Shown: positions 27,950-41,516 of the stretch, piece after piece
Position numbering within the stretch: the stretch's first letter is position 1
How the letters are laid out: each line of letters begins with the position of its first letter
NCBI RefSeq assembly: GCF_006345805.1
Contig: NC_042997.1
Coordinates: forward strand, 44,144,001-44,208,000
Source: Octopus sinensis
Lineage: Eukaryota
Direction: 5' to 3'
Length of the DNA: 64,000 bases
Translations under genes and position numbers: made by a program
The notes under the pieces: model-generated
What the model saw: only the letters and a program-made list of their open reading frames with translations
The model's database searches: none
What the model was told of the DNA's origin: nothing

Positions 27950-30900
27950 TCTCCTTGTCTCACCTTTTTCTCTTTGTCTCTGCCTCTGTCTTTGAGTATA
28001 AGCAGTCTCCGGATGACAACCGGGCCTACGCTGTTCTGCCACAGAGCATCTGCTGGGCGAAAGACCTTCACTGTTGATTCCAGCCTCATTCACACAACTA
28101 CTCTTTATCTGGATCTGTCCTCCTTGGCATCTCTCAACAGCTGACCGTGCATCTTCTTATTTTGAACAGGTGTTTTTCCTCTTCGTTTCTCTCTTAACTT
28201 TGTATTTCATCTTACTCTAACTGCTTTGTAATAAACCCGCCTTTCTTACTTATTCTATTAATGCTTCCTTTGTAATCTTTATATACCAAGCAATATTGTC
28301 GTCCTCTGACTGAATATAGTTCTCACAACTTACCAGTCTCCGACCTCCTTTCCTTCTATTAATGTGTAACCTGTCAACAACACTTTTCAGGTGGAACACA
28401 CCGTGTATTGTCAGTAGTTTCTTCCTTTTCTTCCCCAATGATTTCAGTTCCAACGATCGCCAATCTATCACTCGTACTCCGTATCTCAAGCGAACGAATA
28501 CTCATGTTTTAATTGCTCGGAAGTTTAGTCTTCATAAACAGTTCCATCAGTTCAACTACTTCTAATTTGCTAGGACAAACTTGTATCTTTCCTCGTCTGT
28601 TCTCTTCATTACCTCTCCCTGTTGGCAATTTCACACCACCCACATGGTGAATCAACACACCACACTTTCTCAGCCCAAATTCAATTCGTGATATTCGCGC
28701 TAAATCAACACACTGTCTGATTCAGTTACTTTCTGTTTCTCTCATAAAGCTTGATGTGGTCTGTAAAAGGTAGGAGCTTGATCTTATCTGTCTTTTCCCT
28801 TCAACTCACGCTCAGTTTTCGTGTTTCTCAAAACCAAAGACAACATAATCAAAACGAAATGCAACGGTGACAAGCTGTATCTTTGGAAGATGTGAATTCA
28901 GTGGTCCATCCATTCATGCTTTCTCTGAACAGGTTTAGAATATTATGTGCAATTCTGAATATTTCCCAGCAAACCATTATCTACATTTGAGGAACTATAT
29001 CGTGTGCTTTCCGGTAGTCTATCGATGCCATCCCTAAGTTTGTTTCGCACTTTTTACAGTCTCTCAGCACTGGCTCACTTATCAACAGCTGATCTTTGAT
29101 TCCCCTGCGTCCATGTTTGCATCCTTCTGCTCTTCTGGTAAGATGCTATTCTGATACATGAACTCGTGCCTTGCATCTGCCAGTATTCCGGTTAACGCAT
29201 CATGTTCAGGCTGAATATTGGCCTGAAGTCTTCTTGGTAATTCTTTCTAGCATACATTGTTCTGCCTCTAATCAATCTGCCTAGGATTTTCATGTACTCT
29301 TCAAGTTATAATCGGAGGCGCAATGGCCCAGTGGTTAGGGCAGCGGACTCGCGGTCGTAGGATCGCAGTTTCGATTCCCAGACCGAGCGTTGTGAGTGTT
29401 TATTGAGCGAAAACACCTAAAAGCTCCACGAGGCTCCGGCAGGGGATGGTGGTGATCCCTGCTGTACTCTTTCACCACAACTTTCTCTCACTCTTACTTC
29501 CTGTTTCTGTTGTACCTGTATTTCAAAGGGCCGGCCTTGTCACTCTCTGTGTCACGCTGAATATCCCCGAGAACTACGTTAAGGGTGCACGTGTCTGTGG
29601 AGTGCTCAGCCACTTACACGTTAATTTCACAAGCAGGCTGTTCCGTTGATCGGATCAACCGGAACCCTCGTCGTCGTCGCAACCGACGGAGTGCTTCCAA
29701 GTTATAATCATAATTGTTCCGCATTACTTTCGTGACATTCAGTTAATTTCTTCACCTTATAGCCTTGAGCTCCATCTGGGCCTTCCGCTTTCCAGTTGCT
29801 GCTCTTTCTACTCACACTGAATATCCTCTTCGTTTGTCATAATAGCTTCTTGCAGCGGATTTCTATTGGTTCTTTCATTTCGCGTAGCCACCCTACGTTG
29901 CTGTTGTGTGTTTTACCCTTTTCCCTCATAACCTACTCCAAAATCTTTGACTTTGCTTTGTAATTTGTAGCGCATGTATCTTGGTTTATTTATTTCCTGT
30001 TGAAATCTTTCTATTTTGAAGAATCTGCTTTGCCAGGACTGCTTGATTTTCACGTTGAATGATTTTTGCTCTCTTGGCTTGCTCACTCTATTTTAAGTTT
30101 CTCCATTACTGACGGTAATCCATTGAAATCAGTTTCGTAATTTTGTTTTAACTCTTTCTGCAGTTTTACATTTTTTGCATTTCCAAGGATCCTCCTCTTT
30201 CACCATGGTTCATAGTCCATCTTTCTATTCTGTCCACTCCTTTTGCTTAACAGACACGTCACTTTAAATCCCGTATTTCCTACACCACCGCAACATTTGC
30301 TGACTACATCAGTCTATTAGTTTCGATGATATTGTTTGCGTGTATACACATGCTTTAAGAGCCTGTTTGTTACATCCTTTCTTTTATCTGGTACTGTCTA
30401 GTACTGACAGATAACTCTGCATCCATTTTACATCTCCAAAGATTCTACTCTTCTAACCATGGTTCATTGTCTATCTGTTCTGTCCACTGCCATTGCTTAG
30501 TAAACACATCACTTCAAGTCCTACATTTTCTCCCCCCCCCCATACTTGCTTTCATAAGCCTATGCGTTTTGGTGATATTGTTTGTGTATATACTTTAAGG
30601 ACCTGTTAGATTTTCCTGTTTGCAACATCAGTTTCCATTGGTTCACTTTGTTAATGTCGCATATCAGTCCAAAATGCTCCGACTTCATTATCTTCACGAC
30701 CCCATCTACAATTCTTTTTGCTTCATTTGCGATGGCTGAGCTAGTTACCGTTGATATATCGGGCTGATTGATTTGTACCTCTTCAGCAATTTGAAGAACT
30801 ATAGTAGTCTCACCTATCTCTTCTTTATTAGCAGTGTAATGGTTTTCTGCATTGCCGCCGTCTTCTGACAGTTTCTCTGAATTATTTCGAGTCCTATAAC

Positions 30901-30960
30901 TGTTAGCCAGACTTTCTTTCTTGATGCTACTAGTCCCGATGCATCCTTTTTCAACGTTCT
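27950..30960 (-). mobile_element. Decayed R4/Dong-type LINE, interrupted by a SINE
   Basis: Minus-strand fragments NWKAEGPDGAQGY, IDYRKAHDIVP, VDRLHINRRKGGRRLVSCE. Confidence 0.75.
29314..29698 (+). mobile_element. Young tRNA-derived SINE (about 380 bp family)
   Basis: TSD AAGTTATAATC. Confidence 0.92.
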
Positions 30961-31011
30961 TTTATTGGTACTCAATTTTCATCGGTGGGTTGACTAATAA
31001 TAATAATAATA

Positions 31012-31051
<40 letters not shown>

Positions 31052-31139
31052 GCTCTGAGAACTAATTACACCACGTTCCAAATAGATAAGAGTAGAGAAT
31101 CGCCCTTTTGTAGGACGTGCAGCAGCAGAAATGAAATAA

Positions 31140-31800
31140 TTTCGCATATTGTGAATGAGTGTAGCAACTGGCCCAAAAGCACTACAGAAGGAGGCACGAT
31201 AACGTGGCTAAGTTCGTCCACTGGAGGCTATGTGAAAAGTACGGCCTGAACAGAGCACGGAAATGGTACGAACATGAAATAGAAGGAGTCACCGAGAACA
31301 AGGAACATAAGATACTATGGGATTTTACAATCCAATGTGACTCCCTAATCAAGACTCGGAGACCAGAAATTGTTGTGGTAGATGAAGGATAAGAAGAAAC
31401 CAAGATCATAGATATTGCAATACCTGGAGATGCAGGCATAAGTGACAAAGAACTCGAAAAGACTGAAAAGTAAAGACTACTAAAAGACGAAATTGCAAGA
31501 ATGTGGACCATGAGGAGAGTGTCTGTCATTCCAGTGGTTGTAGGGGCACTCGGAGCAACCAAGTTCGAGAAATGTCAAGGAAATCGGAATTGACATGAGA
31601 GCAGAGCAAGCCCCCAAAACTGCTCTGCTGGGGATAGCTAGGATTTTGAGATTAGTACTTGGTTGTTGAATGTCTTCAACGATAATTAACAACCAAAGCT
31701 TATAATGCACGGAAAGAGACCCTGTGAGATCTCTGACAACAGGCTGCTGTCCGCTCCCACAGAATCTACCAGAACAAACAAGACCGAACGTTCTCAGAAG
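31140..31800 (+). mobile_element. RLE LINE 3' portion
   Basis: HWRLCEKYGL, ILWDFTIQCD..RRPEIVV..IIDIAIP; lies between TAA tracts. Confidence 0.85.
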
Positions 31801-31837
31801 TAAAGTGATAATAATAATATTATTGTTGTTGTTTTTT

Positions 31838-31869
<32 letters not shown>

Positions 31870-32133
31870 ATACACACAACAGATTAAACTGTTGGAAAAA
31901 AAAAATCCTAACATCGGGCCACAAGTAACCTTAGATGCCGAGAACCCTCCTAAGTATCCTAGCTGTCCCCAAATAACACTGTTTTCTGGAGCTGCACTAA
32001 CCTGGGTTTTATGCCTATTTCCTCTATCCATCAATTTAGGGATGCTTTCCATTGCACATATAACTACAGGGATACATTTTACCCGCACTTTCCATAGTCT
32101 CTGTAATACAATGGCGAGGTCCTGGTACTTTGC

Positions 32134-32135
<2 letters not shown>
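31870..32135 (-). mobile_element. RLE LINE 3' end fragment
   Basis: VKCIPVVICAMESIP followed by a UTR and (TGA)n. Confidence 0.65.
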
Positions 32136-32167
<32 letters not shown>

Positions 32168-32721
32168 GAGTGAGAGAGCAGTGCATGCCATCAAAGTGAC
32201 ACTGGGGTAAAATATGCGAAGCCCAGTATACCCATTATGACTACCCGTCTGATAAGGGTACACCAGGCACATGCATCACAACTATATGTGCGCGACATGG
32301 TGATATCATAAAAAGATAAACAGCACATGACCTTGCAGGTGGGGCCCAGTTAGAATTTTCTTCTGGTTGAGTAGCCCATCCCACTCAAAAGGTCCCTGAA
32401 TAAGGGTTGTTTAAGGATGTTGAAAGAACCACCCATGTTTCCAGAGGTGAATTATTCAAACCCTAAAGAATTCCTCTCAACACAAGGGTATGATGCTCCC
32501 CCACTACTTCTGCTCGTGATCAGAGATGCACATATCATCAGCCACCAAGGGACATGCTCAACTGGTTACGGTCAAACAACTGACAAGCAAATCTGTGGTA
32601 TTGAGCAGAATATTTGCTGTAGCCCATCTTTTATACCAAGACAAAACAATGTACATGATAACACTTCCAATCGGTTAAGATCAGAAGTCATGAGGGCCAC
32701 TGCCTGGTACTGCATCAGGGC
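32168..32721. mobile_element. About 555 bp non-coding interspersed element inserted in a (TTA)n tract
   Basis: Sharp boundaries with ATT repeats on both sides, higher GC than flanks, no credible ORF. Confidence 0.55.
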
Positions 32722-32879
32722 ATTATTATTATTATTTTTTTTTTTCTTCTTTCAAATTTGCTTCCATTTCTTGCCGAGTGTCTTCCCGACTCCTAGGGCA
32801 AAGAAACTTATAATATACATTGGTAGGCCATTAAACCAAACTCAGTAGTTCGTTAATTTTTTTTTTTTTTTTTTAAAGT

Positions 32880-33080
32880 TAAATTAAAATACATGAGCAG
32901 CAACAGTTCTCACATCGACAATGCTCTTCTCAATACGTGTGATGTACCAGTTAAGACAATCTTTTGCACTTCTTGCAGGGATAGTAAGCCAGGGATCATT
33001 CTCATATAATTTTCGGTTCCCTTCTTGATCATTCCTAGTGCTCCTACGATCACTGGTATTGTAACCGCCTTGAGATGCCA

Positions 33081-33082
<2 letters not shown>
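32880..33082 (-). mobile_element. RLE LINE 3' end fragment
   Basis: Degenerate IVVGALGMIKKG..LQEVQKIVLTGT motif next to (TTA)n. Confidence 0.6.
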
Positions 33083-33141
<59 letters not shown>

Positions 33142-33244
33142 GGTTTAACTCAGATTCGGTCATATTCCTGGTAGGATTTATGAGGGTAGCGGGTTACTCT
33201 ATACAGCTCAACGTTTTCTCTTTTCCTCTTGCATGTACTCTTTT

Positions 33245-33600
33245 ATTCTTTTACTCGTTTCAGGCATTTGACTGCGGCTATGCTGGAGCACCACCTTCAG
33301 AGGTTTTAGTCGAACAAATTGACTCCAGGGCTTATTTTTTAAAGCCTAATACTCATTCTATCATTTTCTTTGACTGAACCGCTAAGTTACGGGGACGTAA
33401 AAACACCAACACCGAATTTCAAGCGGTGATGTGGTGGTGGGTGGGGGGAAACACAGACACAAAGATACACACACATAAATATATACATGTATATACGACG
33501 GGCTTCTTTCAGTTTCCGTCAACCAAAACTGCTCACCAGACTTTGGTCAATCCGAGGCTATATTAGAAGACACTTGCTCATGGGGCCACATAGTGGGACC
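33245..33600 (-). mobile_element. CORE-type SINE
   Basis: Family match to 49930-50337. Confidence 0.8.
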
Positions 33601-33730
33601 GTGGGAAAGTATGTATGCAAGTAGTATATATGTACATGACATTTTTTAAAGGTTCCTTAAGAGTAAAACTTTTGGGCAACTCCGAATTAGAGATTATGCT
33701 TAGCCAAACTAAGCACTCATTGCTGTAGAA

Positions 33731-34114
33731 TGGAAGCACTCCGACGGTTACGACGATGAGGGTTCCGGTTGATCCGAATCAACGGAACTGCCTGCTCGTG
33801 AAATTAACGTGTAAGTGGCTGAGCACTCCACAGACACGTGTACCCTTAACGTAGTTCTCGGGGATATTCAGCGTGACACAGAGAGTGACAAGGCCGGCCC
33901 TTTGAAATACAGGTACAACAGAAACAGGAAGTAAGAGTGAGAGAAAGTTTGGGTGAAAGAGTACAGCAGGGATCACCACCATCCCCTGCCGGAGCCTCGT
34001 GGAGCTTTAGGTGTTTTCGCTCAATAAACACTCACAACGCCCGGTCTGAGAATCGAAACCGCGATCCTATGACCGCGAGTCCGCTGCCCTAACCACTGGG
34101 CCATTGCGCCTCCA
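33731..34114 (-). mobile_element. Young tRNA-derived SINE (about 380 bp family)
   Basis: TSD CTGTAGAAT. Confidence 0.92.
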
Positions 34115-34757
34115 CTGTAGAATATAACATAGCCATATAGCTGCGTTATTTGGTAGTAAATCGTTCTCTCAAGGAACTACCTTAATTGTTCAAAAACGCT
34201 TCCATCCAGGAAATAACCTACGTCTGTGGGAAAACTTTCATTTTTGTACTGTTACTGAATCCAATTATAAATTCGTAAATCGTTTTTACAACTAATGACA
34301 GTCTACTCCCCACCTCTCTCTCTCTCTCACACACACACACACTTTCTTTCTTTCTTTTTTCTTTCCTTTTTCTCTCGCATTGTCCTCAATACGAACTGCT
34401 GTCTGAACGAATGAACGCTACAAGGAACTCTAAACCGCAAAACCACAGAGCTACTGGAAAATTAACACTCTTGAATAAACGATAACAACACCAGTAGTGT
34501 AAATGAGAAAGGAACCAGCTCTTTTCAGTTTTCACTAAAAAACTCATTAAGGACTGCTCAGCTCTCCTTTCAGCTGTCGAAGAAATACATAGAAATGTTC
34601 AAAAGCAAAAAAAAAAAAAAAAGAAAAAAGAAAAAGGAGAAAACCAAATAAGTTACAATAAAACAAAATAAATAAGTAAAATGCATTGATTACCACGAAT
34701 TAATAACTTCCGAGTCATTTGTTATATTTTGTTTACATTGCTACAAGAATCTATATA

Positions 34758-34898
34758 TTAGGTTGTCCCAAAAGTTCGTAAACACTTGCGAAAATTGAAT
34801 TTTTACTCGCCAAGTACTAACAAAAACAACAAAAATTATTCCTCAAAATAAAGACCATTATTTTCCAAGACTTTCTACGAACTTTTGGGACAACCTTA
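34758..34898. mobile_element. Mariner-derived MITE (about 140 bp)
   Basis: TIR AGGTTGTCCCAAAAGTTCGTA and TACGAACTTTTGGGACAACCT, TA flanks; resembles the mariner TIR near 27778. Confidence 0.85.
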
Positions 34899-35209
34899 TA
34901 CTTCTTCACTCCAGTAGTTGGAAAGTAACGAAAGCCATCCCTGATGAAGTTTTGGTGAAAGACGTAATAAGCCAGTTGTGTCCTAATCTTAAGCTTTCGA
35001 AGGTCATGAAAATTTATCCGGGGATATGAAAAATATATCTTTAAACAAGGGCACTGGGAATGTTAATATATACATGCATCGCATTCTTTCTAGCTTTCTT
35101 TCTCTCTCTCCCTCTCATTCTCCCTCTCTCTCACATTCTATCTCAAACACATACACATATACACATACGCACACATACACACACACGCACACATTCATGC
35201 ATATAAACC

Positions 35210-35580
35210 TGAAACTCGTTTGCTTGCCAATCTCGTGGTTCCGGGTTCGGTTCCACTGCATGGCACTTTGGGCAAGTGTCTTCCACAATAGCCTTGTAAA
35301 TAGATTTGGTAAATGGAAAATGATAGAAGCCCATCGTATATGTGTGTGTGTGTGCGTGTGTGTGTGTGAGTGTGTGCGTGTGTGCGCGCGCGGGTTTGTG
35401 TCTGTGTTTGTCCTCTATCATTGCTTGATAACCGGTGTTTGGTGTGTTTACGTCCCTGTAACTTAGCGAAAAAAAATCGATAGAAAAAGTTCCAGGCTTT
35501 AAAAACAAATAAGTACTGGGGTTGATTTATTCGACAAAAAATTCTTCAAGGCGGTGCCCCAGCATGGCCGCAGTCTAAGA
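35210..35580 (+). mobile_element. CORE-type SINE
   Basis: TTGGGCAAGTGTCTT core; tail GGCGGTGCCCCAGCATGGCCGCAG. Confidence 0.8.
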
Positions 35581-35789
35581 GGAAAATTTGGGGAAACGCC
35601 GAATTAGAGATTATGCTAAGATTATGCTAAGCCAAACTAATACCAAGCAACACATATTGCTGTAGAACAGTGGTTCCCAAACTTTTTTCTTAGTGCCCTC
35701 ACCCCAACTAACCATCACAAAGATAGACCACTTTCTGAAGCAAATTCAAAGTAGCTGTATTTCACAAATAATATTTAACCTTCTGGTCA

Positions 35790-35965
35790 AGGCGGCGAGC
35801 TGGCAGAACCGTTAGCACGCCGGGCGAAATGCTTAGCGGCATTTCGTTTGTCCTTACATACTGAGTTCAAATTCAGCCGAGGTCGACTTTACCTTTCGCC
35901 CTTTCGGAGTTGATAAATTAAGTACCAGTTGCGTACTGGGGTCGATCTAATCGACTGGCCCCCAC
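35790..35965 (+). mobile_element. MetaSINE-type SINE
   Basis: Family match. Confidence 0.85.
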
Positions 35966-36139
35966 TCTCTATTGTGATCATTCGTCTTTTGGTTTCCTGT
36001 AGCTTTGCTCTCTTTTACAAACCCAGTGAACATATATTTCCTATTTCAAAGAAATTCAAACAATAGATATAAGACACAAGTTAAAAAGATTCTCAACAAT
36101 TCAACTTCTCTGGTTGACATTAAGATGCCCACCCCCAAA

Positions 36140-36429
36140 TAACTCATTTTTGAGCTCCATGACCTTCATTTTTCAGGAGCAAAATCTTTTTAACCGGTTC
36201 AATAAGACTGGAATTTTGGAATACGCGCATAAAAATCAGTAGTATGGGATATATGTGGCACGATTACAATTTTTTTTTGGGGGGGGGGGTGTAAAGCGGG
36301 AAATAACCCTCATCTGCAATTTTGATGAAATTCGAAACATATATATTCCAGTTCATAAGAGAAAATATAACAGAAAAGTCTAATTCTTCAATTGTATGTA
36401 ACACGGGCAACGCCGAGTATCTCTGCTAG
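36140..36429 (+). mobile_element. Helitron-like 3' end (5' boundary uncertain)
   Basis: CGGGCAACGCCG hairpin then CTGCTAG|T, as at 53635 and 63210. Confidence 0.6.
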
Positions 36430-36949
36430 TTATTCGTATGTTTAACATCGGCGTATTTGGTAGGAAAATATTGAGTGAATTATCAATTCAGATATTTTTT
36501 TTTTGAATTTAGTGGCAGAATTAAAGATATCCTTATTTATTTATATTTTTTTCATCATAATATGTAGTAATTTTAAATAAAATATATTTTCTACTCCACC
36601 ATATTTTTTTAATATATTACATATTTTATAGGTATTGATATATTACAAAATGGCCAGTGATTATTTTCGATTAAAATACTTTCCGATTAATACTATTGGA
36701 GATCCATAAGAACATTTCCTGACCGTTGTAAATTTTCTTTACCTAATTATTTTATCTATTTGAATTGTGTTGTTCTTTTTATTGTATTTATCATGTATTT
36801 GAATTATTAACGCTTATGCTTCTAAACATAGGTATTTTTTGAATCAGTATTTTTGAAATTTGGTAGTCCTTACATGGAATTTCGTCTGTTTTTTTAAACC
36901 ATGGCCCTTGAGAGGTTTGTATACATAGATTTATTAATTTTTTAATTTA

Positions 36950-38635
36950 TTTATCAGTTCCACCTCAAAGCTGTAGCCATGCTGGGTCACCACCGTTTTA
37001 AGCCTCCTCTTATTTGTGGCATTTGGTAAACAAGGGAGTTTTTGATATCGCTGTCCTGATTTGCACCTCCTGCCACGAGGGAGGTTCATCTGGGACTCTC
37101 GACAGGAAGCGATTCAGTTTTGATTTGAAAACTCCTACTTCCACTCTGAGTAGGTCCCTCAGGCTCTTTGGGAAAATATTAAAAAGCTGTAGGCTCCTGA
37201 ATCCCAGGCTGTTGCAGTAACGAGTCCTGAAGCGCGACGGCATTACTGAGATATTTGGTACCGTGCAATGGCGACCCGTTCTAGCATTTGTGTGGCTTTC
37301 AATGCCAAAGTTTGGCACAATACCTTCCAGGATCTTCCATATGTATATTACTGCATATCTCTCCCGTCTTTGCGGGAGTCTTAGCTGTTTCAGCCTTTCC
37401 CAGTAGCTGAGCCGTTGCAATAAGACGATCGTTTTTGTGAAGCTTCGCTGTATTGCTTCAAGGTCCGCTGTTAATTTTACACTGTGGAGTGATCATAGTT
37501 GGGAGCAGTAGTCCAGGCGGCTGAGGACGAATGTCCTCCAGAGGACCATCATAGTTTCCTTCTCTCTGGTTCTGAAGGTTCTCAGGATCCAGTAAGCCAG
37601 CGGTCTGTATTTTGTCGCCATCTTGGTAATGTGCACTTGGAAAGAGGTATCATTACTGATGTCGATACATGATTTAAGTTCTGGGATTGTAATCCACCGT
37701 GGGCCAGTGTACCCTGTAAGTTTCACGTTCAGTTTTGGCCGCTGGTAGCGCAGGGTTTGAAATTTTCCAGCATTAAACTGCATAGTATTTTCCTCAGTCC
37801 ATTTCTAAATTAAGTCCAACTCCTGCTGCAGGCGTGCAACATGGCAAGGATTTTGTATTGTCTGTGAGACTTTCGTATCGTCTGCGTGGCTAGGAAGGGT
37901 GGTCATCGGGACAGCTGAGGGCATATCTGAGAGGGTCACTATGAAAAGCAGTGGTCCCAAGACAGTGCCCAGTGGAACACCACTCACTATTTGTGTTTTC
38001 TTTGAGGTGGTTCTGTTGTCCACCACTGCCTGACTTCTATTTTCAGTCATGTAACCACTCTCCAAGTTTTCCAACTATGCCAGGATCACGCAGTTTGTGA
38101 CATATCATACCAAGATCAACATTATTAAAAGCATTTGCAAGGTCAATGTATATTACGTTCACATTTGAGTTGTTGAGTAACTGCCTCAACACCCAGTCAT
38201 AGTTCTGTAGGAGCTGGGTTAGGCAGCTCCTACCTGGTCGAAAACCATGCTGGGTATCACTCAGCAAGTCGTTTTCTTTAAGGAATGCGATTAGTTTCCC
38301 TCTGACTATTCGTTCCATGACTATGCTGATGTGCTAAGTCAGAGAGATAAGCCTACAATTTTTGGCATTTGCCCTTCTACCTCCTTTATGGATTAGGCAT
38401 ATTATTCCCTCTTTTAGTTTGCTCGGCAACTTGCCATTTGTAAGAAAACTCTGGAAGAGAATCTGTAGTGGTTTCGCCAGGGCACGTTTACACGATTTGA
38501 AGAGGATAACTGGCAAACCATTAGGGCCAGTAATTAAGTTTGTGTCCATGGCTAGTATTATATCTTCTTCACCAATGTTCACTTGTCTGTGTTCCAACGG
38601 GGTGGTAAAGACACTTTTGAACTAGTCATTCAGTT
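36950..38635 (-). mobile_element. 5'-truncated CR1-group LINE (RT to 3' tail), frameshifted
   Basis: QHGFRPGRSCLTQLL, SGVPLGTVLGPLLF, HADDTK, SRLDYCSQL, SYWERLKQL; (TAAA) tail. Confidence 0.92.
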
Positions 38636-39473
38636 TTTATAATTCGGGTTTTTATAAATTTTTATGATCCTGGTTTTTATGAATTCATTAGTGTATATGA
38701 GTTGAAACAAATATTATTAGAGATCCTTAAGAACATCTTATGACCGTTGTAAATTTTCTTTACCTAATTATTTTATCCATTTGAATTTTGTTGTATTTTT
38801 TAATGTATTTATTACGTATTTGAATTATTAACGCTCTTGCTTCTAAACACAGGTATTTTTTGAATCTATATTTTTGCAGTTTGGCAGTCCTTACATGGAA
38901 TTTCGTATGTTTTTTGGGTTTTTTTTATCAAAGAAGCCCGTATACATAGATGGGAATTTGTTATAATTCACCAGTGTATATGAGTCGAAGCAATTTATTG
39001 ACTTTATATGTGTTTTTTTTTAAATTTGCTATGTTCTGTTATTTTATGTTATATTTTTTAAAGTATACTACTACTATGGCAATCCCTCAAGGTCGAGGAT
39101 GATGGTCTTCGCGCAAATTTATTGGTGAGTCCGCAGGTGACTGATAAGACCAATTCTTGCTCGAAAAGATCGGTCACAGTGCGGACAATTTCACGCACAG
39201 GCGTCTTCGCCACCACTCTTCTTCTTCTTTCCATTTTTTAAAGTATATTGTATAATATTATAATGTAAATAAATTTTTAGTTTGTCAATCGTATTTCTCT
39301 ATTTCATCTTATATTTGTATATTGTATTTATACCCTTTTATCTGTGGTATTCAACCGTTGTACCAGTGAGAATTGCATATTTTACATCCCTTTGAAGGAA
39401 TTGCTTTTTCCTTCGTTTGTTTTATTATTATTATATAAAATGTATATATACACACACAAACGTACATTTGCGC

Positions 39474-39532
<59 letters not shown>

Positions 39533-39619
39533 ACACATACACACACACATACACACACACACACATACACACACACATGCGCACACACATACACACACAC
39601 ATACACACACACATACACA

Positions 39620-39661
<42 letters not shown>

Positions 39662-39675
39662 ACATACACACACAC
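39474..39675 (+). repeat. (CA)n compound microsatellite
   Basis: Directly visible. Confidence 0.95.
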
Positions 39676-39953
39676 GTATTACTGCAGTATTTATCTTGAG
39701 ATATCATCTCGTATGAATGAGCTGTTAAAAACGCAATAGATATCGAATAGAGACTCAACTGCCGCATCCTTGTCCCATCCTCAATGCATGCTGGAGGCGA
39801 CGAATTTCCGTCCGAGCATTTGGCTATCTACAAGTACTCGCTTTTGGAAAAGCACAAGAAAATGGAAATGCTTCTGGCGTTCTCGCTTGCTGGGATAAAC
39901 TTTCGTCTTCGTCTATTTATTGTTTTTCACACTGCACGTCCATAAGAGATTTT

Positions 39954-40409
39954 GGCAATCTTTCGTCTCTAGTAGACCTTTCCGTCGATTTCCGTAATTT
40001 TTTTTTTTTTTACATATGGGCTTGCGGAAACTTTTGAAGTAATATACATACATATACACATACACCAAGTAAAAAATTTCAGTTATCTCTTTCTTTCACA
40101 CATTACTCTGTCTCTTCACACACACTAACAGAAGCACTTCACTTACACAACATACTGTCTGTCTCCCACACCCCATCAAACACACACACACACACACGCA
40201 CATACACACACACACACGCACATACACACACATGTACATCAATGCTTCCCCTGGACGGTAACTTCAAAAGAACTTCCCTAGTCATACAATCGCTTTCTCT
40301 TAGTCTCTTTCGCTCTCATTACTTCAAAAGTTCCCGCAAGCCCATATGTAAAAAAAAAAAAATTTTTACGGAAATCGACGGAAAGGTCTACTAGAGACGA
40401 AAGATCGCC
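39954..40409. mobile_element. MITE with about 90 bp TIRs and 8-bp TSD (Merlin-like)
   Basis: TIR GGC(A/G)ATCTTTCGTCTCTAGTAGACCTTTCCGTCG; TSD GAGATTTT at 39946-39953 and 40410-40417. Confidence 0.9.
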
Positions 40410-40796
40410 GAGATTTTATCTTAGGACAACTACCGTTGTAACTAGTTTATCAACAATGTATATTAATTGTGATATACCAATGAGTACCTAAATTAAACAC
40501 TGCCTCAGTTGCTTAACCCGGGTATTTATGAATCTGTATAAATATAGATACATACGTATATATAGGTAGTTTCTGTCATTAAAAAATTTCTGTTCTATAA
40601 ATAAATACAGGTGTGGGAGGATGCATTTATGGGTGCGTATACATACACGTAATATGTTCGTAATTTGATAAAAGCTTACCTGTTATCCAGCCTAAAATGG
40701 GACATTGATTATTAACAATAGGAAAAATATCGGTGTCGTTAAATATCCGGTTTATGAGGAAATACAATATAATACAATATTATAATAAAGGTAACA

Positions 40797-40858
<62 letters not shown>

Positions 40859-41233
40859 ACACACACACACACACAATATTTATATTATACATGCGTTATA
40901 CATACAAATGCACATATAAATATAAATATATTTAGATTGGAAATTTGAATGACAGTTGTTTTTTTATTCATAAAGAATGTAAAGCATTTTACTGATAGAA
41001 TTTATTTATAGATTTGTAACTTTTTCATCTTGCAGAATGTTAAGAAACTTTTCCATATCTGTCTTTCTGTTGAGAACATTCTTGATTAAGAATGATATAT
41101 ATATATATTATATTAAATTGAGACAAAACCACTATTAGGCAAATCAAACAATGAAAAACTTAAGCCAATACATATGATTAATTTATATTATTTAAATATA
41201 TAACAAAATTATTAAAAAATATAATTAATATCA

Positions 41234-41297
41234 CACTACGATCATTTCATGCCTGCTAACATCTTCAAATTTTTGAGTTGCAGTCATTCATCAGGTG
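41234..41297 (-). ncRNA. Type I hammerhead ribozyme (stem III C-to-U variant)
   Basis: Minus strand CAC-CUGAUGA-AUGACUGC..GCAGGCAU-GAAA-UGAUCG-UA-GUG. Confidence 0.75.
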
Positions 41298-41329
41298 GTT
41301 TAAATATTTTTCTTTGCGAGGTTTTAAAC

Positions 41330-41393
41330 CACCTGATGAATGACTGCGACTCAAAAATTTGAAGATGTTAGCAGGCATGAAACGATCGTAGTG
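41330..41393 (+). ncRNA. Type I minimal hammerhead ribozyme
   Basis: Stem I CAC/GUG, CUGAUGA 41333-41339, stem II AUGACUGC/GCAGGCAU, GAAA 41379-41382, palindromic stem III CGAUCG, cleavage triplet GUA ending at 41390. Confidence 0.88.
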
Positions 41394-41516
41394 TGATATT
41401 AATTATATTTTTATAATAATTTTGTTTATATTTAAATAATATAAATTAATCATATGTATTGGCTTAAGTTTTTCATTGTTTGATTTGCCTAATAGTGGTT
41501 TTGTCTCAAATTTTTA

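Noticed and set aside
29314-29390. tRNA-like heads with A and B boxes
   Set aside because: They continue into SINE bodies with TSDs; not tRNA genes
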